64,000 nucleotides of DNA from the human T2T-CHM13v2.0 reference genome, Homo sapiens. Position 1 is the first letter of the stretch, and every line of letters starts with the position of its first letter. The position numbers were made by a program, and so were the translations under genes. The notes under the pieces are model-generated. The model saw nothing but the letters and a program-made list of their open reading frames with translations. It did not search any database and was not told the origin of the DNA. The stretch lies in NCBI RefSeq assembly GCF_009914755.1, contig NC_060932.1; one strand, written 5' to 3'. Below, piece by piece: positions 1 to 20,966 of this stretch.

Positions 1-2064
1 TGTGGCACTAGGAAGGTATCCGACATGGCTCTGAAAGGCTGGGTAGAATTTAAGCTTCTGGCTGTTAGAGGAAAGAGCATAATCAGCTGAGCAAGACAGC
101 TGGAGAAGCATGAGCTGGAAGACACCAGCTCACAGCATCTAGAGCTGCATCAGGATGAGGAAAAGTGGGAGATAAATTTAGAAAGATAGTTTGGGGCCTG
201 GAGATAGTTATGTAAAAAAAAAAAAAAGAATGTATTGTTTATAAAATTATTGATTCTTGAGGTTTGTGACTAGTAGTTTAAATCAACTACATCTTAAACT
301 ATTTAGTGGCACTATTATAGAGATGATATTCGGGTAAATTTGAAACACACAGAGAATCAGATTGTATAGATTGTATGAAAATATGAAATTTAGTTTCAGT
401 ACAGTACAAAAGAAAACTTATGAATGTACACTGAACATTTTGTGTGGTTAAACTTCTTGACACATTAAAAAATGTGTTAAGTTTATATTTAGTTTCAGCA
501 AAACTGCATGAATCATTATATATCAACATATACAGGTATTTTTTTCTTATAAAAATAGTATTATTGGTGGTTACATGCAAAGAACATTAAGCATTCCACT
601 AAAAACAGAGCTTATAGAAATGAAGAAAAAATTTCATTATGATTGTGTTTTAGTTACCTGGGAGTAGGCCTTAAAAACAGAAGTATTTTTTTCTTCAAAA
701 CATTCAGATTCACTAGATGAAAATTTAATTTTGTAGGATGTCTGTACAGTTCAACTTTGATTATGGTGTGAGCTTTCAATTTAGACAATTTATCATTACA
801 TGGAGAGGAATTTTTTCTCTTAAGCCAGATTGAGTTTTCTTTCCAGGGAATAGATGAATCCAGGAGAAATCTTTCCACAGCTTATACCTAGCCAATGGAC
901 AGCTCATTGAATAATGGCGAAAGGAAAATATGTAATATCTTTTCCTATAGTCTCTCTTTGACCTTGACTTATCTCAAAATTCTCCTATTCATAGATTAAA
1001 GCAGTTTACATTTCGATTCCTAAATTTGGGGGTTGGACTTCTGCTTCAAAACAGTACAAAGCAGGCAGTTGATAATATAAAATATATGCAGAGGCCTGAC
1101 TGATTTGCCTCTGACAGTTGTGTGACCTTTGGAAGGTCTCTTAACTGTCAAGGCCCTCAGTTTCTTAATCTCTCATCTGTTTGACATGTCCTCTAAAATT
1201 TTTCCTTTGTTTTAATGGATTAGGATTCTACAGGCCAATTTTTTATGGCTGCAGTTTCAACCTGATCGTGCAGTTAAACATGTGGGCCTTTGTGCTGTCT
1301 ATATGTTTTATTTGAAGTCATCTTTTCTATGTCTGTAGCTTTACAGGAATAACATAATTACATCCATAAGAGAGGCTAAGTCCTAAATTCCTAGCCTAGC
1401 CCAAGTTTGGCTTCACTTCTTGCTAATTTTGATCTTAAAATTTAGGAGAGGCTACTCCCTCTACCTCATAGCCAGACAGATTCTGTACTATCCCTAGAGG
1501 AATAATCTTGAAGCCCTTTCATTTTAAAATATCTCCCTTTTCTGTATGTATTTAAGTGTTTGTACTATATATCTTACTGCCATAACAGAGGAAGCCAGTG
1601 AGGTAATGAGAAAAAATATATGGCAATTATTTGACCTGACATCATTAACCTTAACAGCCTCAGCATCCAATACCTACCTTCATCCCCAGCCCCTACGCTC
1701 CCACCTGGAAGACTGCAGTGACCCTTAGAGGCAGGACATTTCTTTGAAAAGAAGCCTTTGGAACTCTGTCTGGAAAGGGTATTTTGAACACTCATTACTT
1801 CAGAGTTTCAGGACGAGTCTGAGGTCAATATTCTTGTATCCCACAAAAAATATGAGTAGAATAAAGGATTATATACATACACTAGCATTTCACATGATTT
1901 CCAAACAGTCAGAAAGTATCCAGAAGTCCTGGTTTTTCTTGAGTTCCTGAATTAATGAATTTTTCCTCCTCATTTTAGAAGGATCTAATGATTAAACATT
2001 GCTCCCAAGTACTTCTGGGTCATAGAAATTCTCTGAGAGTTGGATAAAGAAGATGCTGTAGAGT

Positions 2065-2245
2065 TACAAGAACTGGGCTTGAAGTTAAGGAGACCTGATA
2101 GCTTATATCCACATACTCATTGAGTTGAGTGCCCTTGAGCAAATGATAGAACATCTGAGGGCTTTAGTACTTCATGCGAAAATGAAGAATATGGGCTAGA
2201 TAAATTTAGTGAACTTTTCCAATTCTAAATTTATATGATTCTAAG
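2065..2245 (+). mobile_element. MIR/MIR3 SINE fragment
   Basis: Degenerate MIR core (cccttgagcaaatgatagaacatctgagggc...aaaatgaagaat) and a MIR3-like tail (ttccaattctaaatttatatgattcta). Boundaries approximate. Confidence 0.55.
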
Positions 2246-3769
2246 AGTAAGTTGCCAAGTGTCTATAGATACTTTGGATTACACCCAGGCACCAAGGCGA
2301 ATGTCAACGGGTAGTGCTGCTTAGCTAGGCTTTGACATTATCCAGAGTAGTAGAGGTGGAAGCTTAATTCATTTGGTTTCCAAAAACTACTGAGGGATGA
2401 GTAGCCCTGAGAATATAAGACTAGGCTAGTCTTTGCTACACCATCTTGAAGTGTTTTGTTTTATAATATTCAGTTTACAGAGATTTAGTAAATTTAAGGT
2501 GACTTTTAGCCATTATTACAGAAAGACAGTATAAAATCTATGATTTCTTTACTTATTCATTTTAAATCCTATTATTTAAAAATTATCCTTGTTAGAAAAT
2601 CTTACTAAGGTTTATTAATCAAATGGCAATCAATGAAATAAGATTTGTACTGAATGTATGACACTATATTAGTCACTTTGGGAGGATATAAACATTTGTG
2701 GGAGCGTGCTTGCCCTTAGTTTGTATGTTAGGAGAAGAGAAAAGTCACTAAGAAATAAAAATATGAACAAGAATGAAAGAATCAAAATGCTCAGGACATT
2801 TTGCAGGAGAATGGAATTAATCTAAAAGAAAGAATGTATCCTTTGGTTTTTTAATGAAATAACTTTGGGAGTACTTTTTAAAATTAAAGATTATTTTACT
2901 TAGAAGCAGATTGAAATCTTTCTTTTTCCAGCCTGCAGAGCTCTCTTTAAAGATAAACGTTGCAGTGGTATTTTTAATTATTAAGGCTGGGCACTTATTT
3001 CCTTCTTACACTCACACACTTCCAAGGGGATTTGGAACATGGAAGAATTTCATAGCTATTTAGAGAAATGAGAACTTAGGTCTTTATAATTGCAAATGTT
3101 ACTTTCCAGTTCTAAGTTCAGGCTCTATTCTCCATGGTATTGAATCTTCCAAGTTGTGATACATCAATATAATGTATGATCTGTGCCTGAACATCCAAAC
3201 ATTTGTAAGTTTCTAGGATAGATGAAGGCAAATTTGTTTCAGCTAGCTTTGTTATGATTTATTTTTTCTAAGTGGTTAGTAACTTACCAATTAAATATAT
3301 AATTTGGAAAATAAAATTTGATAATTTTTTCTCTTTCACAAGTAATTGTAGCTCAAACACAAAGCAATACTAATGTAGTCTGGCTGTCTATGGGCAAGTT
3401 ACCTGAAGCAGTGTCTGAGCGTGTTTAGTCATAAGCCTAAGACAACCAGAAAATGTTCATTTTGGGAAGATGATGATTTCTGCTCACCTATCAGAACCTC
3501 AAACTACATGTGTGCTTAAGTAGTGTTTAGTGAAGGTAAATATTTCTTTTTTTTTTTTAGACATGGTCACTTGATTTAATAACAATACATATACCATGTT
3601 ATCACTATGGAATGTAAATTCAGGTTAGACAAGAGAATTTCACAAGTGTAATAGCATTCTGTAGTATATAAAAGTGTGTATACACTGTCTGACCAAACCA
3701 GCTTGCTCATAAAGCATTAATCAATTCCATTATAGGTAATTTGTTTAGTTTAATGTTTATAATTCTTAG

Positions 3770-4154
<385 letters not shown>

Positions 4155-4231
4155 TGAGTGCTTAAAATACACATTTCTATTTCAAGATGATATTTAAAAA
4201 TTATTCTAATGTAACAGCCGCAAAAATATAA

Positions 4232-4608
<377 letters not shown>

Positions 4609-5220
4609 GCGATTCTTTAATAAATACTACTACTCTGCAGCCCTATTGTAAGCTTTCTAGATTTGGTTTAAACACACACACACATATATACTTTCAGCTG
4701 TGGGAGGCTTTACAACTTCTATTCCATGCATTTTCTAGACAGAGCTCTAAAAAAGCCAGCCAGTCCACAAGACAGGTAGAAAAAAAGTTAAATTAACTGG
4801 GGCAAATAGGACTCTTATATAACATCCAAAACATGAGAGATTCTGCAGCAAACTGGGAGTACTTCAGGGTTGGCGTGCTGTCTTCTTTAGAACTAATTTC
4901 ACCTCAATAGTTTAAGAAGGTGGACATTTTAACACTATCCAGTGCATTTAGGTGACATGTTTCTTTTGTGTTAACTTGACTCCCCTGAATGACCTAGTTG
5001 GTAAACTAGTCACGAATAATTCGATCACCAGGCAAATCAAGCCTGTAGGAAAGGAAGCCAATATTCGAAATGCCATGTTACCATCTGAACCCACTCAAAT
5101 AGTTTATTTTTAACATTAATATGTAACTTCAGTAATGAGATCTCTAACTAAAGCAAGCTCCTCCAAGAAGACCAAGACAGCTTCATTTCTTCTAAGGCTT
5201 AGGATTGCCCAGAATTCCTA

Positions 5221-5343
<123 letters not shown>

Positions 5344-5659
5344 CTATGCAACAATTGCTGCAAAACCTGCCATTCCAATGGGGATGAATGGTGCGTCTTT
5401 AGCTTTTCTAATAAGTTTGGGTCCCTGATCTTCATCATATGAAGATAGGGAAGCATCTGTGTCTGTTGACGTAGTGATTGCTTGAAGAATCTCCCTAGAA
5501 CTAGCAAACCCCTCACACGCCAGCTGGCTCGAAGCTAAATATTTCTAAGTATTGTCATATATAATTTTTAAAATAATGCTAATTTATAATAATGTACTAT
5601 AGGTGACTCAGATTTATGATTAAAGTTAGGCTATTTCCCTCTATTTTATAAAATAATAG

Positions 5660-5915
5660 TAATGGTTAATAGTACCAAATATATGCAACACACTATTGTA
5701 AGTATTTTACGTTTATTAATATTAATGCACTTTACATTTGCAACAACCCCATGTAGTAGGCATTGTTATTACCAGATTTCCATTTTACAGATGAAGAAAC
5801 TGAGACACAGAGAAATTAAATAAATTACCCCAGATCGAAAGGTTGACAGGGCCAGAATGTAATGCCAGGCACCCTGCTCCTGGCATCAGTGCTTTAATCA
5901 CTATACTATTCTTCC
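5660..5915 (-). mobile_element. MIR SINE
   Basis: Reverse MIR core cattttacagatgaagaaactgagacacagag. Confidence 0.8.
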
Positions 5916-6063
5916 TCTCAATACAGTCTGCACTTCAGCTCCCTTCATTTAGACCTGGAGCCGCATTCTAAACTTGAGTACCTGCAGCCAAAATCTGTTT
6001 TTCAGTTAATCACTCGATATTGAATGAATGAAATGGAAAGAAGTCAAATAACTAGCTTATAGT

Positions 6064-6361
6064 CAGAGCTGGCTACGTTATTTGCAGGGCCAAGTCCATA
6101 ATGAAACTGCTTGTTCAAAAAATAGGAAAAAAAAGTGTAATTAAATATACTAAAATATAAAGCTTTTCCTTTAGTTTACAATCTTTCTCCTGTCATGATA
6201 GTTTTGTTTGCCATTTAGTGTCATCTTAAGAAAAGGAAAATTAAAATTTAAAATGATTAGCATACATTTTATCATTCATCTTTCTATTGTGCAATACCTA
6301 TTTTTAAATGCAAATATGGGAGTATTTAATTCACATGTGGAAATTCCACCATGGTTTTATT

Positions 6362-6404
<43 letters not shown>

Positions 6405-7103
6405 TTTGCACATGAATATCTTTTTTTTCCTTACCAGAACAGTGGAAACTGCATAAACTAATTCAAATGCTTTTATTTTACTTCTTTACATGCATACATT
6501 CTACCAGCATTCTCTACCTTCAGCTTCCTGATGAGTAATGAAAGACAGAAAGAAAATGAAATATGGGTTGTCCTGTTTTTTTCTTTCCTCCTTTGTCATC
6601 ATTTTCAATGTAAGTAGGTCATTAACACAGGAAACTAATATGCATAAGAAAGTATGGTAAGTTTCCTTGGTTGTTCATGTTTCTTAGAACACTATTGTTT
6701 TCTTTCTGTGTTTGAAGCAAGCTCTGGTTTGAATAAAAATCATGGCCTTTTGGGGCTATCAGTGCCTTTGCTTCCTCAGTAGTGGACATAAGACACCGAC
6801 CGTGAATACTTGACTTGAGTCTCTATGAACTTCCACTTAGCGTGGGTCCACCAGAATCCTGTGCTCCTGGACATCACGAACACTGTGTGAATTGGGAGCT
6901 AAGGAATACAACAGGCCAAGATGCCTGCATTTTGCTTTGTATCTCCTCTGTTCCAGTGTATATTCCCCTGACACACTGGACCTCACTTACGAATATGTTT
7001 AAATATGAAATTGTTGGCAATTTCAACATGGCAATAGCAGAGCCCTTTTGAGTGCAAGGCACTGTATGACTACTCAGGTCCTACATCTCTGAAGTGGGCC
7101 TTG
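6064..7103 (-). mobile_element. MER45B/C-like hAT-Tip100 DNA transposon fossil (contains polyT run 6364-6402)
   Basis: Termini cagagctggctacgttatttgcagggcc... and ...gactactcaggtcctacatctctgaagtgggccttg resemble MER45 ends; length ~1 kb. Confidence 0.65.
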
Positions 7104-7598
7104 CTCAGGGCCATTAGATGAATTGAAAGCTGGATTGGCCTCACACCATTTTTCCAGTCAACCCCAAACATGCTACTAAAGATAGAAATAATTGGCCTGG
7201 GAGGGTTAGGTGTGATCAGAGGCGATCAAGCCAAGGTGAGATGGACTTCCAAAGGATTCTTGCCAGGCAGCTTGGAAAATAGTCTGGAGAAGCCAGTTAG
7301 TTGCTCGACACCATGCTCAGTAAACACCTTCCACAGGCTGAGGGACTTTCTCAGAATGGCCTGGGTTCTTGTGAGATGGTTCACTCCTGCAGTAAATTGC
7401 TGTGCTGATTTGACAGTAGATGATAAATCCAGCAGCCAGAAAGCAAGCAATAATCACACTGCAACCCTGCCTCATAATGCATGCAACATTTTTTGAAGTA
7501 TTTTCATCCTCATTAGCTTATTCATGCTCATATCTCTATGAGAAAGGCAGGAATTTTTTTCCATTTTACAGCTGAGAAAGCTTAGGAAGTCTAGAATA

Positions 7599-7775
7599 GG
7601 ACTGTCTAACAGAACTTTATGCAAAGATGGAGATGTCCTTTACCTGTGCGTCTAATATAATCATCACTAGCCACACATGGCTAGTACCACTGAAAAGCTG
7701 AAGTTTAAACTGATTTAATTTGAATTAAATTCAAGTAGCCACATGTATCTAGTGGCTTTTATATTGGACATGCAA
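7599..7775 (+). mobile_element. MER3-like hAT-Charlie MITE
   Basis: ctgtctaacagaactttatgc...cactagccacacatggcta...tagccacatgtatctagtggc...tattggaca matches MER3. Confidence 0.75.
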
Positions 7776-8899
7776 CTGGAGAACATACATAGTGATGCAC
7801 TCTCTCTACACATTCACTCACTAAATTACCAGGATCAGAGCCTGAGAGTCTAGGAACTTCTCAAGAGCAGGCTCTTAACCAGGCACTTTTGGCATCTGGG
7901 GCCCGTCACTCAAGATCAGCTAATCTGCCTGGCCCTCAGGACACTTCCTCCCGCCTTGTTCAAGTCAACAGCCAGGGGAACAGACGTTACACCACACATC
8001 TCCAGGTGGTGCTAGGTTGGCAGTCATGTTTTAGGAAGCCAGCAAGAGGTCTTTTGGATCTAGATATGCCTGTCTGTCTCTTAGAAGATTAACAAGGCAA
8101 GGACATCAGACAATCCCAAAATGCTAATCCCATTATCTTTTCAACTCTGTGGAAAAATATCATCCTTCATTTTCTCAGATTTCATTTGCATTCAAGGAAG
8201 CTAAAAGTGGTCAAGATGCTTTCCTTCTGGGGTCCCATGTTACAGGAATCTAAAGCCTACTTGATTGACCTGACTGTTTTTACCCTGGGAAGAGGCGTAA
8301 TTAACCCTGTTCATCTCTAAGACGAGGTTACAGCAGCCCCTATGCCAACTCTGGGAACTCCTATTCAACGTTACTGACCCGTTCATTCCCATACCATCAG
8401 AATGAATTTCACTTCAGGCCTAACCTTGCCATCATTGTTTCTCCCAATCCTGGTACAAGCCATTTTAGTGTTAGTATACTTCATCAGGTGGGAAGTGTAT
8501 TTACCTGAAACACTCCTCCTCTCCCCCACACTACTAACAACTCCCAATTTCTTTCAGTTGATCTGTTGGCCATTTATTCAAATACTGCTAGGTGCTGAAG
8601 AGATGCTAAAAAAAACATACAGTTACAGTCCCTCGTCTCCATCTCCAAGCTTCCCAGTCTCAAACCAGGTTGGGAAGGCAAGATTCAAACTAGCCATACT
8701 TGTCAGTATCCGTCTGTTTATTTACTATCACTCAGATATCGACCAGATGCTAGAAGAGTATGTACTTATATTCCTATGAAAATGGTATATACAGTCACTG
8801 GAGAATCTGCTCATGATCTCACTGTCATCCATCCAGAAAAGTTCGTTTTACAACTAGAAGTTTCAGTATCCCCTGATTATCCAAACTTCCTACCACTGC

Positions 8900-9915
8900 T
8901 GACACACAGCAGTCAGCTACTATTATGAGACTTATGAGCACTCAAGCGTATGGCTTTCAAGTTTATTATTTCCCAGAATCCTTGAGGACTACAATACAAG
9001 AATTTTCTCCATCTCTTATACCTCTTCCTAGTTTAAGCCAATTTTCCTCCCCTGGAATACCACAATGACCTCTTAACTCATCCCTACTATCCATTGTACA
9101 CAATTCAGCTAGAATGATACTTTAGAGAGATAATTTGAAGCACGCCATTTCTCTATTCTAATACCTTTAATGGCACAATATTGTTCTTAGATTAAACACC
9201 CAAATCCTGAATATGACTCACAGGTATTGTTAGATCAGCTGTGGCCTCTTCCTCTTCCTATTTCAGCCATTTTACCTTAGCTCTTTGTACTTCAGGCAGT
9301 AAGCCTTTTTATGTTTATTAATCAATTAATTCAATAGACACGTATACAGAACCTGGGTGAATAAGACGGAAAACTTCTTCACTTTTGTGGAACTTTTATT
9401 TTAATTATAGAAAATAGATAAGTAAAAAGAAAAGATAATTTTAGGTTGTTGAAGGAAATACAGTGAGGTCCTTCAAAGTAGCTTGGAAAAAGCCCTGCTG
9501 CAGAGAAGGTGCTATGAGGGCTTCTCTTACATGCCCCACTACTTTCTGTCCTAGGACCATCACTCCTGCTATTCCTTCTTCTTGGAATCCCCTTCCAGAA
9601 TCTTCTACCACAACTTCTACCCCATTCCACTGAGGCATCTTCTGCTCATTCTTCAGAACACAGTTCAGCTGTCTCTTTCTTAAGTAATCTTTCCTCAATC
9701 CCCAGGCAAACTCAGTTTTCCCTGTTACTTTTTCCTTATTTCACTTACCTGAATTATAATTAAATATTTGCTTAATTATTATTATTTTTTCCTAATGTCT
9801 GTCTCTTTTACTGTACCACATAAGGGCAGGGGCTGGATCTTCCCTGTCACCTCAGGGCCCCACCTTGAGTCTGTCATATGTAGTTGTTTAGTCTGTATCT
9901 GCTGAGTGAATTGAT
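8900..9915 (+). mobile_element. L2 LINE 3' fragments
   Basis: Degenerate pyrimidine-rich L2 3' region ending tgctgagtgaattga. Confidence 0.6.
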
Positions 9916-9970
9916 GATAGTGGCTCACTACAAAGTGTTTCTCGCATAGCAAGAGATAAGAAAGGAAACA

Positions 9971-10046
9971 TGTATACATATGTAACAAACCTGCAGGTTG
10001 TGCACATGTACCCTAGAACTTAAAGTATAATAACAATAAAGAAAAA
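9971..10046 (+). mobile_element. Extremely 5'-truncated L1PA insertion (last ~60 nt plus A tail)
   Basis: tgtatacatatgtaacaaacctgc...cttaaagtataataa flanked by perfect 13-bp TSD aagaaaggaaaca (9958-9970, 10047-10059). Confidence 0.92.
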
Positions 10047-10239
10047 AAGAAAGGAAACACTTCAGAATATCCCCCTGGTTGGTTCCGATATGCCTTCCAT
10101 ACTTTGGACCATCATCCTCTCCTGTATGCCAAAGAATTGTGTAAGGCCCATGCTGATGGACACTGTGTGTCAGGGGAGGTATCCAAGTTGGCTTTCCTAC
10201 CAACGCATATGGATAGTCTGTCTTTGCTGGAAAGAGCAT

Positions 10240-10658
10240 TGTGATAGATTACTGTTTAAAGGTCCCCTCTCCCACCCCTCCTGCCATGCCTCTCTCCTTG
10301 ACTTTGGCCTTAGCTTTGTTAATTTGCCTTGGCCAATAGACCGCTAGAAGAGCGACCACAAGCAGGGAATTGACATGTGGTTAGTAGCTGGGCACATTGT
10401 CTTATATTTCTCTCTTCACCGTGAGAAGAGCTCCCTGTTGGCTGGGCCCCAAATGAACACATATGGACAGACCTGAGCCCAAACTTCAATGAAGAGCTAT
10501 GTCCAGCTGGACTAAGGCTTGGAGCGGAGCTGTGCAGCTGAGCCCAACCCAAATCAGCTGAACCTCACTGACCTGCAGACATTTGAGCTAAATAAATATC
10601 TATTACACACTGGCAATGTTTTGTGGTTGTTTGTGATGCAGCAAATGCTAACTGACAC
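10240..10658 (+). mobile_element. MLT1-type ERVL-MaLR solo LTR
   Basis: Starts tgtgatagatt, ends ttgtggttgtttgtgatgcagcaaatgctaactgacaca, with an AATAAA upstream. Confidence 0.75.
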
Positions 10659-11707
10659 AGACCTTAAAGCTTGGATAGATTTCTGCAATTGGTCTGAATG
10701 TGGTTCCTTTTTCCCAGGGGACTTATGAACAAAAAGTTTATCTGTCTCCAATGATGTACATCTACAATGATGGAACAAAAACAAGATTGTCACATTAAAC
10801 TTTCCATTTGGAAGACCCAGAGCAGTCAATAATTATTAACAATTGTAAAGTCCTACTAGATAAACAATGTGAGGGGCTGTGAAGGCCATGAGAATGTGTC
10901 TGCAGGTTTTAATACAGGGAGCACACTTGACCTAGAGGGGATCCAGTGATACATCCTCCATTGCCTTGGAGTAGAGGCCATGTCTGCCATGGTCTGCTCT
11001 TCACCAAAGACTTCGTGAGCAAGAGTTGGAATCCTAAAACAGAATTGTTCCTGGGAGACCTGGTACCCCTTTTTAGACCAACCTTAGCAGCTTTGCTGAG
11101 CCTGCCTTCCTCTGTAAAGCAGTTTAGGCACCTTTCCTCAACACACTCTCTCTCTTGCTTTCCTTCATTCACAGTCTAATGGGTTTCCCACCCTTGTCTA
11201 ACTCTCTCCCTATTTCTTTGCCTGCAGGTGTTTGCTCTACTAAAATCCTTACATGCTTAATTTTGCCTAGGCATTTGCTTTTTGGAGGATCTAAACTAAA
11301 AGAAGTGGGAGTAAGTTTGGTTTAGGAAAATAGGAGTAAGATGAAGATTTGGCACTGGCCTACTGACCACTCAGTGGAAAATTAGACACCGCCCTGATAG
11401 GCAGGTAGGAGATGAATAGCCCCTGGCACAAGGTGAAGTTCAGTGGCTAATCATTTTGCTGATAATGACCTGGAAAAATGTCCTGGTGAAAGGGAATGCT
11501 GAGGAAGGTGCCATGGTGCTGGCATTTGAGATATATAGGATGAACCATGCCTGCCAACACAGTGAAATTGGCTGGTTACCGCCTTGTTGAAATTAGGTGC
11601 TTCAGAAGGATAGCGTAAGATTGCCTGACATTAATATGTGATTAATGGCTAAGTGTGAGAACCACAAAGCTTGGATGGCAGTAGCATATTGAAAGAGAGG
11701 GATAATC

Positions 11708-12020
<313 letters not shown>

Positions 12021-13580
12021 GAAAGAGAGGGACAATCAAATGGCTAGGAGAACTAATTGTGAGTGTTGCAGAGTTCCAAAGATGATTGAAAACTCAGTCA
12101 AATCAGTTCTACTATGTGAAGGTCAGAGCCCTAGGAAGGAAAACTACAGATTCTGATAACTGTGACAGTGCTATCTGGATTTTCCCAAGGATGTTGACTC
12201 TGCAACCCTCTCTGGATTCTCTTGGTGTGCAGAAGTTGCCACCTTTCCCTTCTGTAGAAAGATCTACCACTTCAACTATGCTAGAAGATGCTTCAGAACC
12301 TCTCCACACAGGTAACCCATACCCTGTTCTGCCCTCACCACTTCTACTGGCCGCCAGACCTATAACTAGGGACTGGATATTTAAGAGTTCTTGGTCAAAG
12401 GGCCAACGTTTAAATCTGAATAAGCAAGAGTTTATTGACTTGGGGAGAGTTTTTGGAAAATAAGTTTTAATACCCTAACAAAGACCCAAGTGATGGGGCA
12501 CATGTATTATTGGAGTGGCTCTCAGAAACTGGAAAAAACAGCACCATTTATTGAATAGGAGATCATTTTCCCATTGTTTGTTTTTGTCAGGTTTGTTGAA
12601 GATGAGATGGTTGTAGATGTGCGGTGTTATTTCTGAGGTCTCTGTTCTGTTCCATTGGTCTATTTGTCTGTTTTGGTGCCAGTACCATGCTGCTTTGGTT
12701 ACTGTAGCTGTGTAGTATAACTTGAAGTCAGGTAGCATGATGCTTCCTGCTTTGTTCTTTTTGCTTAGGACTGTCTTGGCTATACAGGGTCTTCTTTGAT
12801 TCTGTATGAAATTTAAAGTAGTTTTCTCCAATTCTGTGAAGAATGTCAATGGTGGTTTGATGGAAATAGCATTGAATGTACAAATTACTTTGGGCAGTAT
12901 GGCCATTGTCACGACATTGATTCTTCCTATCCATGAGGATGGAATTTTTTTTCCATTTGTTTGTGCCCCCTCTTATTTCCTTGAGCAGTGGTTTGTAGTT
13001 CCCCTTGAAGAGGTCCTATACATCCCTTCTTAGCTACACTCCTAGGTATTTTATTCTCCTATTCAATAAATAGTGCTGGGAAAACTGGTTAGTCATATGC
13101 AGAAAACTGAAACTGGACCCCTTCCTTACACCTTTTAGAAAAATTAGCTCAAGATGGATTAAAGACTTAAATGTAAAACCCAAAACCATAAAAATCCTAG
13201 AAGAAAAGGCAGTATTATTCAAGACATAGGCATGGGCAAAGGCTTCATGACAAAAATACCAAAAGCAATTGCAATGAAAGCCAAAATTGACAGATGGGAT
13301 CTAATTAAACTAAAGAGCTTCTGCACAGCAAAAAGAAACTATCATCAGAGTGAACAGGCAACCTAGAGAATGGGAGAAAACTTTTGCAATCTACCCATCT
13401 GACAAAGGTCTAATACCCAGAATTTACAAGGAACTTAGACAAATTTTACAAGAAAAAAAAATCCCATCAAAAGGTGGGCAAAGGATATGAACAGACACTT
13501 CTCAAAAGAAGACATTTATATGCCAACAAATATATGAAAAAAAGCTCAACATCACTGATCATTAGAAAAAGGCAAATCGA

Positions 13581-16847
<3,267 letters not shown>

Positions 16848-18021
16848 AAAGAAAAAAGACGCAAATCGAAACCACAATGAGCTACCATCTCATGCTAGGC
16901 AGAATGGTGTTTATTAAAAAGTCAAAAAATAGTAGATACTGTCAAGGCTGTGGAGAAATGGAAATGCTTTTACACTGTTGGTGGGAGTGTAATTTAGTTC
17001 TACCACTGTGGAAGACAGTGTGGTAATGCCTCAAGGGTCTAGAACCAGAAATACCATTTGACCCAGCAATCCCACTACTGGGTATATACCCAAAGGAATA
17101 GAAATCATTCTGCTATGAAGACACATGCACATTGTATGTTTATTGCAACACTATTTACAATAGCAAAGTAATGGAACCAACCCAAATGCCCATCAATAAT
17201 AGACTAGATAAAGGAAATGTGGCACATATGCATCATGGAATACTATGCAGCCACAAAAAAGAATGAGATCACGTCCTTTACAGGGACATGGATGAAGCTG
17301 GAAGTCATCATCCTCAGCAAACTAAAACAGGAACAGAAAGCCAAACACCACGTGTTCTCACTTATAAGTGGAAGTTGAAAAATGACTACACATTGACACA
17401 GGGAGGGGAACAACACACACCAGGGCCTGTTGAGGGGTGGGGAGCAAGGGGAGGGAACTTAGAGGATGGGTCAATAGGTGCAGCAAACCACCATGGCACA
17501 CTTGTACCTATGTAAAACCTGCACGTTCTGCACATGTATCCTGGAACTTAAAATAAAATAAAGAAAAAAAAAAAAAGAAACCCAGAAAAAATAACGGCCA
17601 ATTGTCAGTAAATTAGAAATGCTTGGTTAACTTGGCAGATATTAAAAGAAGGAAAAAAAGCTTGAGTAAAGTGGGCATGTTGGATTGGATATATATAATG
17701 TAAAGCCAGACGAGCCATGAAAGGATTATGTCCCAGGAGAGGCTCAGAGGAAATACATTCACTAAAGCCATTAGGAATGTGCTGGTGAGAGAGAGGTACT
17801 TCAGGGATGAAGTAGGATAGGCAGGCACAGACAGAGCTGGGCTTATTTCGTGAACTGATGACTTATGGGGCCCATCAATAGTAGAGGCTGGTGGTGGTGG
17901 AAAACCATCAGAAGCCAGGAGGCCACAATTACTGTAAAACTGGTGAGCTCAAAGGGAATTGTGGAGATGATGAATAACATATGGTGTCCCAGGGGCAAAT
18001 AAGCCTGCTGCTTAACATTGA

Positions 18022-18488
<467 letters not shown>

Positions 18489-18666
18489 CATCAGTCAATT
18501 TTCAAGTCTGGAACCCACTGGCTGAAGAGGTGACTGGGTGCCTAAGAGGAGACCCTCTTGAATTCTATGACATTTATATGCCATGACAATCCCCTCATCT
18601 TTCCCCAAAAGGAATTACATGTACTTGGGAAATAGTACACTGGATAAAGGGGAATAGCAGAATATT

Positions 18667-20174
<1,508 letters not shown>

Positions 20175-20606
20175 CTATTTATGGGACCAACAGTGTGGAC
20201 TCCCACTTTGGCCCAAGGACAAAACCACTCCTCAGTGGGTTTGCTAGTGAATGGCAGTCTAGAATGCTTCCACCTAACCTTCTTTTCTCTTCTTCAGTCA
20301 GGGACAGACTTGTATCATTGTCTGACAGACTCTCAGAGCCTTATCCGGCTCCCTTCCAATTCCCTTCCACATAGGAATTTTCCCTAATAAAATCATTTCA
20401 TGTTTGTTTCTGTCCTGGAATCTGCTTCTTGCAGACCTTGTCTTACATAGTTGCCTACCCTAGGAATGCAGAAATGTCCTTTGATTAGGCTCCAATTCTA
20501 TTCCCTGAAAGTAGTTCCCTTCTCTTCTGTTTTCTGTGACCTTTAGCTCTGATTTTCTTCTGCATCAGGCTCCATGACCACACTTGAAGAGGGCATGGGA
20601 GACTGA

Positions 20607-20966
<360 letters not shown>

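Noticed and set aside
720-935. Possible small exons (ttttgtag|gatg..., ctttccag|ggaa...)
   Set aside because: Donors are weak, the longer candidate has stops in all frames, and there is no recognisable homology.
7170-8779. 108-aa and 125-aa plus-strand ORFs
   Set aside because: No recognisable domain or splice context; lengths are compatible with chance.
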